Below, piece by piece: positions 31,900 through 42,767 of a DNA stretch of 64,000 bases. The stretch lies in contig CBDBHR010000029.1 in NCBI GenBank assembly GCA_965205865.1, positions 640,001-704,000 on the forward strand, written 5' to 3'. Numbering within the stretch: the stretch's first letter is position 1; each line of letters begins with the position of its first letter. The position numbers were made by a program, and so were the translations under genes. This DNA is from a bacterium. GTDB lineage: Bacteria; SAR324; NAC60-12. The notes beneath the pieces were generated by a model that was not told the origin of the DNA, did no database searches, and saw only the letters and a program-made list of their open reading frames with translations.

Positions 31900-33037
31900 C
31901 GGAATGATAGACATTAAGGCTTAAGCGATTAATGGTAAGTTAGGTCTCTTTCCTTGACTAATAGCATATTCCTTTCTGCAATCCGCTCATTTGTAACGTC
32001 GTGAGGTTTAACGATCTCACGGCGTTTATTTTTTGTCAATATCAACCCCCCAGGCAAAGTTTCAAGGTATCGGTGAACATGTTTTCATTGCGTCTATGGT
32101 TGTATTTGAAGCATGATTCGCCGATATAAAGATGCGCATACCGACGACTATACCAGTGATGTTGGCCATACCATGCGCGTTTTAAAAGACTCCAAAAACT
32201 CTCAATCGTGTTTGTGTGGATATTCCCGTCTACGAATTGCTTTTCATGATCAACAGAATAATGAAATATTTCATCTTTCATTGCTCGGTACCCTGAATAT
32301 TGATCCGTCATCAAAACAGCCTTCGCCAGGTCAACGTGCTCCTTCAGCATCTCTTTGAAATTCTTGTTCGATAAGGACTTGTCATCAAAGAGCTCTGCCG
32401 CAACTCCCCCCTTACGCTCCGCAATACCTACAACAGGAAGCTTTTTTGTTCCCCTACCACGCTTGTTGTCATCATCCCTGTCTTCCTTCTTGTTCTCCTT
32501 CCTGGGCTTTCCTCCGACATAGGTTTCATCCATCTCGACGATTCCTTTGAATAGACGTTGTTGCTCGCCATCTTTTCCCATGGCTTCCCGGATTCGTTTC
32601 CCGAATGACCAGGCAGTTTTGACACTCAAATCCAAGTCTCTTCCGAGTTGACGGTTTGAAATTGATTTCTTGGCATTCAAAACGAGAACGATCCCCAGGA
32701 ACCATTTTCTCAAGGAAAGTTTGCTGTTATGGAAGATCGTATTGACGGTTGCCGAAAAAGAACGATGGCAGGATTGACATTGAAGCCGGCTTCTTTGGTT
32801 CTTTTCTTTGTGTCTCGACACCTTCTGGGAATGACAGTAGGGACACTCTGGTTTATCGCTCCATCGTAGATTTTCAAGATGCTTCAGTGCTTCTTCTTCT
32901 GTTGGGAATTTATTGATTATTTCCATGAGACTTGTGCTTTTCATTTTCAATCTCCTCTGATAGATTCTTGTTTAATTCATTTGAATCTATCATAGCAGAT
33001 TCCAAGTATATGCCAAGCCTTTTTGTCTATCATTCCG
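31900..33037 (-). mobile_element. IS1595-family insertion sequence
   Basis: TIR CGGAATGATAGACA / TGTCTATCATTCCG; 8-bp TSD AAAATTTT. Confidence 0.92.
32042..32950 (-). CDS. IS1595-family transposase
   Basis: CPYC..CQSC zinc ribbon, VEMDETYVGG, TDQY, HTNTIESFWSLLKR. Confidence 0.93.
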   Translation of the reverse strand: MKMKSTSLMEIINKFPTEEEALKHLENLRWSDKPECPYCHSQKVSRHKEKNQRSRLQCQSCHRSFSATVNTIFHNSKLSLRKWFLGIVLVLNAKKSISNRQLGRDLDLSVKTAWSFGKRIREAMGKDGEQQRLFKGIVEMDETYVGGKPRKENKKEDRDDDNKRGRGTKKLPVVGIAERKGGVAAELFDDKSLSNKNFKEMLKEHVDLAKAVLMTDQYSGYRAMKDEIFHYSVDHEKQFVDGNIHTNTIESFWSLLKRAWYGQHHWYSRRYAHLYIGESCFKYNHRRNENMFTDTLKLCLGG

Positions 33038-33082
33038 AAAATTTTTAAAGGCTCAAGGAGTCAATTAACCCTCTTATAAACC

Positions 33083-35500
33083 CTATTGAAAATTGTACGG
33101 ATTAATGTCAATGGCAATACGGTCTTCTCTGCGAGGGTTCAGCGGGGTAGGTGAGTGAAGGGCAGATTGCAACAGTAGATGTAAATAATTCACTTGGGGC
33201 GCTTTTAGAATCACCATCCAACGATAACGATTATTAATTCTTTTTATGGGTGCTTCGATAGGCCCTAGAGAGTCGAATCCTATTTTTTTTTCAGTCATCA
33301 GGTTTTGATAAAATAAATGCGCAAGAGTTTGAGCCCGGTCATTTTTTAGACTGCTAAATAGTACGAGTACCATAGCTACAAAAGGAGGTACCTTCAATTG
33401 CTGACGATTATGAAACTCCCTTTGTTGAAACTGCGAAAAGTCGTGATCCCGTGTACACTGCAGGGCATGATGTAAAGGATTATAAGTTTGAATAAGAACT
33501 TCCCCTGGCTTACTGCCCCGCCCTGCCCGTCCCGCGACTTGAGTCAATAGTTGAAATGTCCGTTCTGCAGAGCGAAAATCAGAAAAATTGAGAGACAGGT
33601 CTGCCAGAATGACCCCGACAAATGTGATATTGGCAAAATCATGTCCCTTGGTGACGAGTTGGGTACCGATGATGATGTCCACTTCATGTGATCGAATTTG
33701 ATCCAGCATTTGCCCCAGAGTGTGTTTGCGCCGCAAGGTATCACGATCCATTCTCAATATTCGTGCTTCCGGAAACATAGTTTGCAGTTCCGAAACAATT
33801 TGTTCCGTTCCAACTCCTCGTTTTTTGAGATCATTAACTGCGCAGTGAGGACAATATTGAGGTGGAGACATACTATGGTCACATAGATGACACAGGAGCT
33901 TGTTCACGCTTTGATGATAAACCAGACTGAGACTGCAATGCGGGCATGTGACTACTCCTTCGCAGGAAGCGCATTGTACCATTGTGGCATATCCACGTCG
34001 ATTCAAAAACAGCAGACTTTGTTCTTTATTCAAGAGCCGCACGCGTAATGCGTCAACCATCTGAGTAGAAAAAAAATGACTGCCTTTTTGACGGGGACAA
34101 TGTTTCAGATTTAACAAAACTACTTTTGGTAGCGCTGCCTGATGGATTCGAGACGGGAGAGTGAGGAGAATATTTTTTTTTTTGATGATATTGTAATAAG
34201 ACTCTAACGAGGGAGTAGCCGATCCTAAAACGACGGTGGCACCAGTACGGTATCCTCGAAATATTGCTACATCTCTTCCATTATAGCGTGGAGATTCTTC
34301 CTGTTTGTAAGAACTATCATGTTCTTCGTCGATAATAATTAGCCCGATATTGTTAAGAGGCGCAAAAACAGCGCTTCGCGCGCCAATGACGATCGAAATG
34401 TCTCCTTGCAGAATTTTACACCACTCATCAAATCGTTCCCCTTCATCCATTCCGCTATGTAGAACCGCAATACAATCTCCAAAACGAGCCTGAAATCGAT
34501 CGATCAACTGAGGGGTCAGAGAAATCTCGGGCACCAGTATCAGTGATTGTTTCCCTTTGGCCTGGGCTTTTCTGACAGCATGCAGATAGACTTCCGTTTT
34601 TCCGCTTCCAGTGACGCCGTGTAAGAGAAATGTTTGATATTTTTCCTGTTCGATCGCAATATCAATGCGACTATAGGCTAATTCCTGATCTTCATTGAGA
34701 GCCAGAAACGGTTCCAAAAGAGGAGAAGGAGTTTGCAGAAACCGTCGATACACCCGTTTTTCAAATATTTCAATTATGCCGTCCTCTTTGAGCTTTTTCA
34801 CCGCCTGTGCAGGTGTTGGCACTTGATTTTTCAAGGATGCCAAGGATATTTCAGCATTTTTTTGTAGCAAAAATAGAATTTTTTCTTTTTTTGTCTGCTT
34901 GCGAAGATTTCTCTTTTTTGTGGAATAAGAGATCGTAGTCAACCTTGCCCAACGTTCGAGTTTGGGTTTTATTTTTGTACCTCTGAGTGTTTGAATACGC
35001 TCGACTGATCTTTCTCTGATCCATTGATTCAACTGTTTTCGATCCTTCTCTGTGGCACCTGCTTTCAGCCAGTCTCGCGAACTCCAGACGCTTTGAGCAC
35101 GGACCAGCTTTTGAAGCGGTAAACTGAGATTTTGCAAACCCTCAAGTTGCTTTTTTTCAATGGAACATTGAAATGAAGTGTGGAAGCGAACACCCAAGCC
35201 TCCGGGGATAGCGCAGCTCAATACCTCACCCCAACTGCAAAAATAATACGCTGCTACCCACCGGGTCAATTCCAATATATTCTCAAAAAAAATCGGATCA
35301 TTGTCCAATACGGATTCCACCTGCTTTAAATCGGAAATTTCAGAAGAAGATTTAATTTTGACAATGACTCCACTTTTTTTCCGCGTACCAAAAGGAACTA
35401 ATACTCGAATTCCTGGTTGAGGGGTAATATTTAGTTGTGCGGGCCAATCGTAGTCAAAGTTTTGTCGGAGGGGCAAATTGAATGCAATTTCAACAACCAT
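33083..35500 (-). CDS. priA: Primosomal protein N'
   Basis: LLHGVTGSGKTEVY, DEEH, zinc-finger Cys pairs, QVAGRAGR. Confidence 0.96.
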   Translation of the reverse strand: MVVEIAFNLPLRQNFDYDWPAQLNITPQPGIRVLVPFGTRKKSGVIVKIKSSSEISDLKQVESVLDNDPIFFENILELTRWVAAYYFCSWGEVLSCAIPGGLGVRFHTSFQCSIEKKQLEGLQNLSLPLQKLVRAQSVWSSRDWLKAGATEKDRKQLNQWIRERSVERIQTLRGTKIKPKLERWARLTTISYSTKKRNLRKQTKKEKILFLLQKNAEISLASLKNQVPTPAQAVKKLKEDGIIEIFEKRVYRRFLQTPSPLLEPFLALNEDQELAYSRIDIAIEQEKYQTFLLHGVTGSGKTEVYLHAVRKAQAKGKQSLILVPEISLTPQLIDRFQARFGDCIAVLHSGMDEGERFDEWCKILQGDISIVIGARSAVFAPLNNIGLIIIDEEHDSSYKQEESPRYNGRDVAIFRGYRTGATVVLGSATPSLESYYNIIKKKNILLTLPSRIHQAALPKVVLLNLKHCPRQKGSHFFSTQMVDALRVRLLNKEQSLLFLNRRGYATMVQCASCEGVVTCPHCSLSLVYHQSVNKLLCHLCDHSMSPPQYCPHCAVNDLKKRGVGTEQIVSELQTMFPEARILRMDRDTLRRKHTLGQMLDQIRSHEVDIIIGTQLVTKGHDFANITFVGVILADLSLNFSDFRSAERTFQLLTQVAGRAGRGSKPGEVLIQTYNPLHHALQCTRDHDFSQFQQREFHNRQQLKVPPFVAMVLVLFSSLKNDRAQTLAHLFYQNLMTEKKIGFDSLGPIEAPIKRINNRYRWMVILKAPQVNYLHLLLQSALHSPTPLNPRREDRIAIDINPYNFQ

Positions 35501-35705
35501 ATTTTTTTTAAAGACGACGGAAAATTTTTTAGCGGAGATGTAATTTAAACGTTAGGAATATGATTTGGAAGCATTTTATTTAATAGGATGAATAAGTCAT
35601 TCAACACGGCGATTCGCCCAATTTCAGAGGTCTCTGGTTCATGGAGAACGTATCTTGCGAGGCAGTCAGGATTTTTTTAGTAGAATTAGTTCAAAAAATA
35701 AAAAG

Positions 35706-37685
35706 TCAGGTGCTTAATCCAATCAATTTGTTTTTCAACAAGGCAATTTGATCTCGTAACTCAGCAGCTCTTTCAAAATTAAGAATTTCGGCTGCCTGGC
35801 GCATTTCTGCTTCGTGTGCTTTAATTTGGGAATCCAACTGGCCGGTATTTTGATAGGAAACAGGCGTCTCTGCGACTAAGGGCGCGTCTTCGGCAGAAAC
35901 TAGTGAGTCTTGTATACGTTTGTAAACGGTCTGAGGGGTGATACGGTGTCTTAGGTTATAAGCTTTTTGTTTCTCGCGTCGTTGTTCGGTCAATTGGATT
36001 GCATTTTTCATTGAATCGGTGATGCGATCGGCATACATAATCACTGTTCCATTGACGTTTCGCGATGCACGACCAATCGTTTGAATCAGAGAAGTACTTG
36101 ATCGTAAAAAGCCTTCTTTATCAGCATCGAAAATCCCCACCAAGGATACTTCAGGGAGATCAAGGCCTTCCCGCAAAAGGTTGATTCCGATCAAGACGCT
36201 GAAGGCACCTTTTCTCAAGTTATAAAGAATCTGGGTTCGCTCGATGGCGTCGATATCAGAGTGCATGTAGCGGACTGGAACATTCAGGTCTTCGTAATAT
36301 TCGGTCAAGTCTTCCGCCATCCGCTTGGTCAAGGTAGTGATGAGTACGCGTTCCTTTCTTTCCAGTCGGATACGTAGTTCATGGAGCATGTCATCGACCT
36401 GTCCCATCATTGGGCGGACCTCAACTAGCGGATCCAATAATCCCGTTGGACGAATAACTTGTTCAACCACTGTACTATTCTTTTGTGCCAACTCGTAAGG
36501 ACCCGGAGTTGCCGAAACATAGACGCGTTGTTGAGTTGTCGCTTCAAATTCCTTGAATTTGAAAGGTCGGTTGTCCAAGGCGGAAGGAAGACGGAAGCCA
36601 TATTCAACCAAAGTGGATTTGCGAGTAAAATCCCCCTCATACATGCCTCTCAATTGCGGCATGGTAACATGGCTTTCGTCGATGAAAATCAACGCGTCCT
36701 TGGGAAAATAATCGATCAGTGTCGGAGATGCGGAACCAGGGGGCCGACGCTGGATAATCCGACTATAGTTTTCAATTCCCTTGCAAAAGCCTGTTTCTTC
36801 CATCATTTCCAAATCATATTCAGTTCTTTGTTTCAACCGTTGGAGTTCGACAATTTTTCCTTGTTTGTCAAATTCTTCTAAGCGTTTTTTTAATTCTTGC
36901 CGAATCATTTTCAGGGTCGTGGGCAATCGATTCGCCGGAGTGACATAATGGGAATTGGGAAAAATTGCGATGCGGGATAAAGTATCGATTTTTTTCCCGG
37001 TAAGGGGATCGAATTTCGTCAACTGCTCCACTTCATCACCAAACAATTCGACTCGAATCGCAAAATCCGATTCAGCCATATAAATGTCAATGACATCGCC
37101 CCTCACCCGAAAGGCGCCCCGATGAAAATCGATATCATTGCGTTCGTAGCGCAACTCGATTAATCGTTGCAATAGAGAGTTTCTGGAAAGTTGGTCTCCA
37201 GTTCTAAAAAAAAGCATCATGTCTCCGTATTCTTGCGGAGATCCCAAACCATAAATACAGGAAACGCTGCTAACAATGACGACATCTTCTCTTTCTATAA
37301 GCGAACGGGTTGCGGAAAGGCGAAGCCTCTCCAATTCATCGTTGATGGATGTATCTTTTTCAATATACAAATCACGGCTCGCAACATAAGCTTCTGGTTG
37401 GTAATAGTCATAAAAACTGACGAAATATTCGATCGCATTGTTTGGAAAATAATCCTTGAATTCATTGTAAAGTTGGGCGGCCAGAGTTTTATTATGGGCG
37501 ATAACCAGTGTGGGACGTTGCCAATGTTGAATAATGTTGGCCATAGTGAAAGTTTTTCCGGAACCGGTAATTCCCAGTAATACCTGATGCCTTTTATTTT
37601 GCTTCAGGCTGTCCAACAGAGTTTGGATCGCTTGAGGCTGATCTCCTTTGGGAGCATAATCCGCACTGAGTTCAAACTGAGACAC
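35706..37685 (-). CDS. uvrB: Excinuclease ABC subunit B
   Basis: GITGSGKT, YDYYQPEAY, DESH, INLLREGLDLPEV, C-terminal UVR domain. Confidence 0.97.
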   Translation of the reverse strand: MSQFELSADYAPKGDQPQAIQTLLDSLKQNKRHQVLLGITGSGKTFTMANIIQHWQRPTLVIAHNKTLAAQLYNEFKDYFPNNAIEYFVSFYDYYQPEAYVASRDLYIEKDTSINDELERLRLSATRSLIEREDVVIVSSVSCIYGLGSPQEYGDMMLFFRTGDQLSRNSLLQRLIELRYERNDIDFHRGAFRVRGDVIDIYMAESDFAIRVELFGDEVEQLTKFDPLTGKKIDTLSRIAIFPNSHYVTPANRLPTTLKMIRQELKKRLEEFDKQGKIVELQRLKQRTEYDLEMMEETGFCKGIENYSRIIQRRPPGSASPTLIDYFPKDALIFIDESHVTMPQLRGMYEGDFTRKSTLVEYGFRLPSALDNRPFKFKEFEATTQQRVYVSATPGPYELAQKNSTVVEQVIRPTGLLDPLVEVRPMMGQVDDMLHELRIRLERKERVLITTLTKRMAEDLTEYYEDLNVPVRYMHSDIDAIERTQILYNLRKGAFSVLIGINLLREGLDLPEVSLVGIFDADKEGFLRSSTSLIQTIGRASRNVNGTVIMYADRITDSMKNAIQLTEQRREKQKAYNLRHRITPQTVYKRIQDSLVSAEDAPLVAETPVSYQNTGQLDSQIKAHEAEMRQAAEILNFERAAELRDQIALLKNKLIGLST

Positions 37686-37746
37686 AAGACCGAAATCCTC
37701 GAAGACAGGTAGTCTGTTTTTTCAGCAGAGATTCTCCAGAATTTCT

Positions 37747-38559
37747 TTATAAATCAATCACCGGGGAAGGCCACTGTACATCTTGATCATCGTAATAAAC
37801 TTTTAGCACATATAGACCATAAGGAGGAGCGGTTTTTCCACTTTTCTGACGATCTTTGCTTTGCAGAATATCAGGAATATCCTCCGGAAATAGACGCTGT
37901 TCTCCCACGGCAACTAAGGTACCGGTGATGATCCGAACCATGTGCTGTAAAAATGAATTCGCCTCAACTTCGATGCGTATGGAAGCATAAGGAGTATGGA
38001 TGGGAGAGACAACCAAGTCTTTAATGGTCTTCACAGGAGAAGGAGCCAAACATTGAGATGCACGAAAGGCAGAAAAGTCATGTTCTCCAATAAAGTGCCT
38101 GGCTGCTTGCCGCATTGCTTTTAAATTCAATGATTTACGGAGCCACCAACTATAATGGGAATTGAATGGAGAAGGGTAGGATTTGTTATGAATAAGATAG
38201 CGATACCGTTTTGCAAAGCAACTACGACGGGCATGAAACGTGGACGAAACAGGTAATACATACTTTACGGCGACGTCAGCAGGAAGAACCGCATTAAGAG
38301 CAGAACACCAACTTTCGGCAGAAAAGTTTGCGTCCGAAAAAAAATGCGCAGTTTGATTGATAGCGTGTACTTTGCTGTCTGTCCGTCCCGCACCAAAAAC
38401 TTTTACAGCACTTCCTGTTAGGGTAAGGATTGCTTTTTCAAGCTCCCCCTCGATTGTATTTTTATCATTTTGGATTTGCCATCCATGATAATTGAATCCA
38501 TCGTACGAGAGGAGTATGAGCCAATTGCGGAGTGAGGGATTATCTTCCAAAAAAACCAA
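37747..38559 (-). CDS. truA: tRNA pseudouridine(38-40) synthase
   Basis: YDG..GWQ, AGRTDSKVHA, FLQHMVR, TAPPYGL. Confidence 0.95.
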   Translation of the reverse strand: MVFLEDNPSLRNWLILLSYDGFNYHGWQIQNDKNTIEGELEKAILTLTGSAVKVFGAGRTDSKVHAINQTAHFFSDANFSAESWCSALNAVLPADVAVKYVLPVSSTFHARRSCFAKRYRYLIHNKSYPSPFNSHYSWWLRKSLNLKAMRQAARHFIGEHDFSAFRASQCLAPSPVKTIKDLVVSPIHTPYASIRIEVEANSFLQHMVRIITGTLVAVGEQRLFPEDIPDILQSKDRQKSGKTAPPYGLYVLKVYYDDQDVQWPSPVIDL

Positions 38560-38566
38560 TCATCTT

Positions 38567-38893
38567 TCAATTGACAAGAGCGCGGTCTACCATTTCTCTG
38601 ATTTTTTGAGGACTATTCCCGGTAAACATATCGGTTTGTTCCCCATTTCTAAATAGAATCACAGTAGGGATTCCCCGAATACCAAAACGTGCTGGAATCG
38701 ACTGATTGTGGTCCACATCAACTTTACACACTTTCAAGCGGCCATCATAAGTGTTGGCCAATTCATTGATTGCCGGAGCCAATGCCAAACAGGGACCGCA
38801 CCATTCTGCCCAGAAATCGACTAAGGCCAAACCAGATTTAATTTCTTCATCAAAATTTGCGTCGGTTAGATGAATGACTTTATCAAGTGACAT
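38567..38893 (-). CDS. trxA: Thioredoxin
   Basis: DFWAEWCGPC; start assigned to ATG 38893. Confidence 0.93.
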   Translation of the reverse strand: MSLDKVIHLTDANFDEEIKSGLALVDFWAEWCGPCLALAPAINELANTYDGRLKVCKVDVDHNQSIPARFGIRGIPTVILFRNGEQTDMFTGNSPQKIREMVDRALVN

Positions 38894-39095
38894 GTTTTTC
38901 CTCTGTTTAAAGGTGGTTGTCATTGTTCCCCGAAAGAGGTTCGGAATCCCGATTCCAACTCCTCTCAATTATTAGTGCTCAAATCGTCGAAGTTTCCGGT
39001 TTCTCAGCAATTACACTTCAATTTGTAAATTCAAAAACCAAAATGAATTAAGAAGAAACGATTTGATCGGGTTCGGTTTTTTCATTTAAGTGGTT

Positions 39096-40043
39096 TTAGG
39101 CTATTAATTCTGCTGCTGATTGACCAAGCTGACCGGAATTCGCAACAGATTTTAGTTTTCTTTCAATGTAAAATTCTGCAGCCCGATAAGAACTGCGAAC
39201 CAAAGGACCGGAAGCAACGTACTCGAATCCCATATGTTCACCGATTTTAGCCAACTCTTCAAATTCATCAGGATGTACGAAGCGGGACTCTCTCAGTTTA
39301 GAAGGAGCGGGTTGTAAATACTGACCAAGCGTTAAAAAATTGACATCTATTTGCCGCAAATCTTCCATGGCCTTAATGATTTCATCCTGGGTTTCTCCCA
39401 ACCCCAGCATCAAAGACGACTTGGTCGAAATCTGAGGATTTTGCTGTTTAATGGTCTGCAACACTTGCAATGATCTTTGGTATCCTGCCCGTGGGTCTCT
39501 TACTTTGGGAGTCAGTCTTTCCACAGTTTCCAAATTGTGAGCCAGAACATGAGGTTGGGCGGCGACCACCGTTTGAATCAAAGTCGGGATTCCACAAAAA
39601 TCAGGAATCAGTATTTCAACCAGCAACCCTGGATTCTTCTGCTTGACAGATCGAATCGACGCCGCGATATGCCGGGCTCCCTGATCTGGAAGATCGTCCC
39701 GGTCCACACTGGTGATTACCACGTAATTCAATCTCATTTGAAAAATAGTCTCTGCTAGCTTTCGAGGTTCTGCCAAATCCAAAGGAAGTGGGGTTTTAGT
39801 CGTTTTCACAGAGCAGAATCTGCATCCTCGCGTGCATGTGTCTCCCATCAACATAAAGGTAGCCGTTCCTCCCTGCCAGCACTCTCCGATATTTGGACAA
39901 CGAGCTTCCTGACAAACAGTGCTCAGTCGGAGCGTCCCGGACTTTTCTTTAATCCAGTTATACTTCTCCCCACGTGGCAGCCGCACTTTGAGCCAAATCG
40001 GTTTTGGTGATCGAGACCTTTGCTTTTTGGAAAAATTGCTCAT
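39096..40043 (-). CDS. lipA: Lipoyl synthase
   Basis: CQEARCPNIGEC, CTRGCRFC, VRSSY. Confidence 0.96.
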   Translation of the reverse strand: MSNFSKKQRSRSPKPIWLKVRLPRGEKYNWIKEKSGTLRLSTVCQEARCPNIGECWQGGTATFMLMGDTCTRGCRFCSVKTTKTPLPLDLAEPRKLAETIFQMRLNYVVITSVDRDDLPDQGARHIAASIRSVKQKNPGLLVEILIPDFCGIPTLIQTVVAAQPHVLAHNLETVERLTPKVRDPRAGYQRSLQVLQTIKQQNPQISTKSSLMLGLGETQDEIIKAMEDLRQIDVNFLTLGQYLQPAPSKLRESRFVHPDEFEELAKIGEHMGFEYVASGPLVRSSYRAAEFYIERKLKSVANSGQLGQSAAELIA

Positions 40044-40133
40044 AATGCATTAAAAATCTGGATTTGTTCTATTCCTAATTTCTCATGGATGCTCTGAATT
40101 TTAGGATTAATTGAATTCAATCACAAGGATTTT

Positions 40134-40335
40134 TTCCGACCTTTGAAGGCGACTGACCTCTACGCCCACTTGGCCGGTTCATCCCCGTTGTCATATGAAG
40201 TTGGTGGCTAAACTTCTTCAAACCAGATGCAGGTTGCTACAACGCGAATGAGAAAGCCTACCAGAAAAGCCCGGACTGAATGTCGATCAATACCGTTGCC
40301 ATCCAGCCCCGAACCGACTTCGGCTTCTACCGGAA
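40134..40335 (-). ncRNA. ssrS: Probable 6S RNA
   Basis: ~200-nt intergenic segment downstream of zapB whose ends pair (TTCCG..GAAGCCGA with TCGCCTTC..CGGAA), consistent with a rod-like fold; zap-6S synteny is common; not confirmed with a covariance model. Confidence 0.55.
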
Positions 40336-40366
40336 GGGGTACGGAGGGTTTGAAAATGAAAGGAGG

Positions 40367-40654
40367 TTACGCAGAAAAATCGGGTTCGCTTGAATCGTCC
40401 TCTCCAGAAGAATTATTTCCTTCAGGAGAAACATCCACTGCGGTTTCTGCTTCTGCTACATTAGTTCCTACAGTTTCTTCAAGTTGTTCAAATTTTCCAA
40501 TCAGGTTGGTCAATTTTTCTTCCCATTGAGAGCGTACTTCTCTCAGTGTGGTATTCTCTTCCGTTAGTTCCTCGATTTCTGCTTTCAGAAGCTCAACCAA
40601 TTCTACAGCATATTGAACTTTATTTTCTAAAGTTTTAAGCAAATCTTCTGACAT
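40367..40654 (-). CDS. zapB: Cell division protein ZapB-like
   Basis: LENKVQYAVELVELLKAEIEEL..WEEKLTNLIGK coiled coil. Confidence 0.78.
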   Translation of the reverse strand: MSEDLLKTLENKVQYAVELVELLKAEIEELTEENTTLREVRSQWEEKLTNLIGKFEQLEETVGTNVAEAETAVDVSPEGNNSSGEDDSSEPDFSA

Positions 40655-40793
40655 GACTCATTTCCCTATGATGAAGTTAGGACTGACAAATTACAGTTTG
40701 GTAGAAGTGAAGTTATATGGAATAGCAATTTTTACGAGAAAAGTAAATCTTAGGTTATCACGGTGCCAAAAGAAATGAACAATCCAAACATTG

Positions 40794-42767
40794 TCAGATG
40801 GCAACCGCCTTGTTTTGTTTATAAAAACGGATTGTTTTTTTGGATTTCTGAGGAAGACACTCCCATTTTTTGAGAATTGCGTCAAGCACCAGTGTGACAC
40901 TCAATCCTGCCTCTTCCTGCTGCTGTTCCTGACTGCCTTGGGGAATGAACTCATCGGGTACGCCAAGGATCAAGGTCAAGGGAGCTAGTCCATGTTCACT
41001 TAATTTCTCCAGAACGGCACTGCCGAATCCTCCGTGGACCGTATTTTCCTCCATGGTCACCAAGAGTTTGCTCTTCCGGCCAAATCGCAGGATCAATTCA
41101 GAATCAAGTGGTTTGACAAAACGGGCGTTGATTACGGCAACGGAATACCCTCGTTTTTCCAGGAGTTTTGATACTTCCAGAGCGGTTTTTACCATTACTC
41201 CCACTGCCCATAAAGCGATATCATGACCTTCTTTCAACACCTGCGCGCGGCCCGCTTCAATGGGCGTGATTTCCGATTCATCCAGTTGATCGCTATTGCC
41301 CCGAGGATAGCGCACTGCGCAAGGACCTGAATCATACTGATAGGCAAAATCCATCATCACTTTCAACTCGGCGCCATTTTTAGGCACCAGGATGGTCATC
41401 CCCGGAATCATTCGCAAAAAGGTGAGATCGTATACCCCTTGATGAGTGGGGCCATCCGAACCAACAAGACCTGCCCGATCGATCATGAAACGAACCGGCA
41501 AATTCTGTATGGCAACATCGTGAATCACATGATCAATCGCACGTTGCAAGAAGGTGGAATAAATTGCCACAAAAGGTTTGAGACCAGTCGTTGCCATCCC
41601 TGCGGCAAAAGTTACGCAATGTCCCTCCGCAATTCCTACATCAAAAATGCGGTCAGGATATTTCGCCAGCAAATGGATCATTCCGGATCCACTGAGCATG
41701 GCAGGGCTGATGCCGACAACTCTCCGATCATGTTCCATCAAGTCTTCAAGTTTTTCTCCAAAGATTTTGGAATAATTCATCGCCTTGGGATTGGAATTTG
41801 CTTTTTTGATAAATTCACCACTTTCTGGGACAAAAGGAGTAACACCATGATATTTGTACGCATCATTTTCTGCAAATGAATAACCCCTGCCTTTTTGAGT
41901 AAGGGCGTGGATGACAATGGGACTTTTTAGTTCTTTGGCATCACCTAAAATCTCGAGCAAATCTGGAATGTTGTGTCCATCGATAGGGCCAAAATAGCGC
42001 CAACCGAGCTGCTCGAACAGCATGCCGGGAATGATGAATGCCTTGAGAGAAGCATTGATTTTATGCATTCCAGCCCGGACAATCTCGGAAAATGGAATCC
42101 TGCCTGCTATTTCCCATGCTTCCTCCCTGAAACGATTGTAGGATTTGGAGGAAATGACGCGGGTGATAACTTTGGACAAGGCTCCGACATTGGGGTCGAT
42201 ACTCATACCATTGTCGCTGAGAATGATGATCAAGTTCTTGCCTAGATAACCATTGTGATTGAGTGCTTCAAACGCCAGCCCCCCTGTCAATCCCCCGTCA
42301 CCTATGACAGCAATGATATGATGGTCTTGTTCACAAAGATCCCGGCCTACCGCCATTCCCAAAGATGCGGAAAGTGATGTAGACGCATGACCTGCACCAA
42401 AATGATCATAAGGACTTTCGGAGCGTGAAAGAAATTTCTTGATTCCATTTTTTTGAGTCAATGTTTCGAATCGCGCATTGCGCCCCGTAAGAATCTTGTG
42501 CGCATAGGCCTGATGCCCCACATCCCATACGATGCGGTCTGCCCGGAAATCAAAAAGTTTGAAGAGCGCAATTGTGATTTCGATGGATCCCAGGGACGAA
42601 GCCAGGTGCCCTCCCGTTTTACTGGTGACGTCGATAATTCGTTGACGGCACTCCTGGGAAAGTTGCATCAACTCTTGCAGAGTGAAATGATGAATTTGAT
42701 GAGGATCAGTAATAGAATCGAGTAAATTTTTTCGCATGATTTTATTGGATTCATTCGAAAGATTCAT
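40794..42767 (-). CDS. dxs: 1-deoxy-D-xylulose-5-phosphate synthase
   Basis: GGHLASSLG, WDVGHQAY, GDGG, DRAGLVGSDGPTHQG, RYPRG. Confidence 0.97.
   Translation of the reverse strand: MNLSNESNKIMRKNLLDSITDPHQIHHFTLQELMQLSQECRQRIIDVTSKTGGHLASSLGSIEITIALFKLFDFRADRIVWDVGHQAYAHKILTGRNARFETLTQKNGIKKFLSRSESPYDHFGAGHASTSLSASLGMAVGRDLCEQDHHIIAVIGDGGLTGGLAFEALNHNGYLGKNLIIILSDNGMSIDPNVGALSKVITRVISSKSYNRFREEAWEIAGRIPFSEIVRAGMHKINASLKAFIIPGMLFEQLGWRYFGPIDGHNIPDLLEILGDAKELKSPIVIHALTQKGRGYSFAENDAYKYHGVTPFVPESGEFIKKANSNPKAMNYSKIFGEKLEDLMEHDRRVVGISPAMLSGSGMIHLLAKYPDRIFDVGIAEGHCVTFAAGMATTGLKPFVAIYSTFLQRAIDHVIHDVAIQNLPVRFMIDRAGLVGSDGPTHQGVYDLTFLRMIPGMTILVPKNGAELKVMMDFAYQYDSGPCAVRYPRGNSDQLDESEITPIEAGRAQVLKEGHDIALWAVGVMVKTALEVSKLLEKRGYSVAVINARFVKPLDSELILRFGRKSKLLVTMEENTVHGGFGSAVLEKLSEHGLAPLTLILGVPDEFIPQGSQEQQQEEAGLSVTLVLDAILKKWECLPQKSKKTIRFYKQNKAVAI

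Noticed and set aside
33610-34520. TGACCCC/GGGGTCA inside priA (also inside IS ORFs at ~18582 and ~30417)
   Set aside because: Within intact coding sequence with no breakpoint; expected chance occurrences
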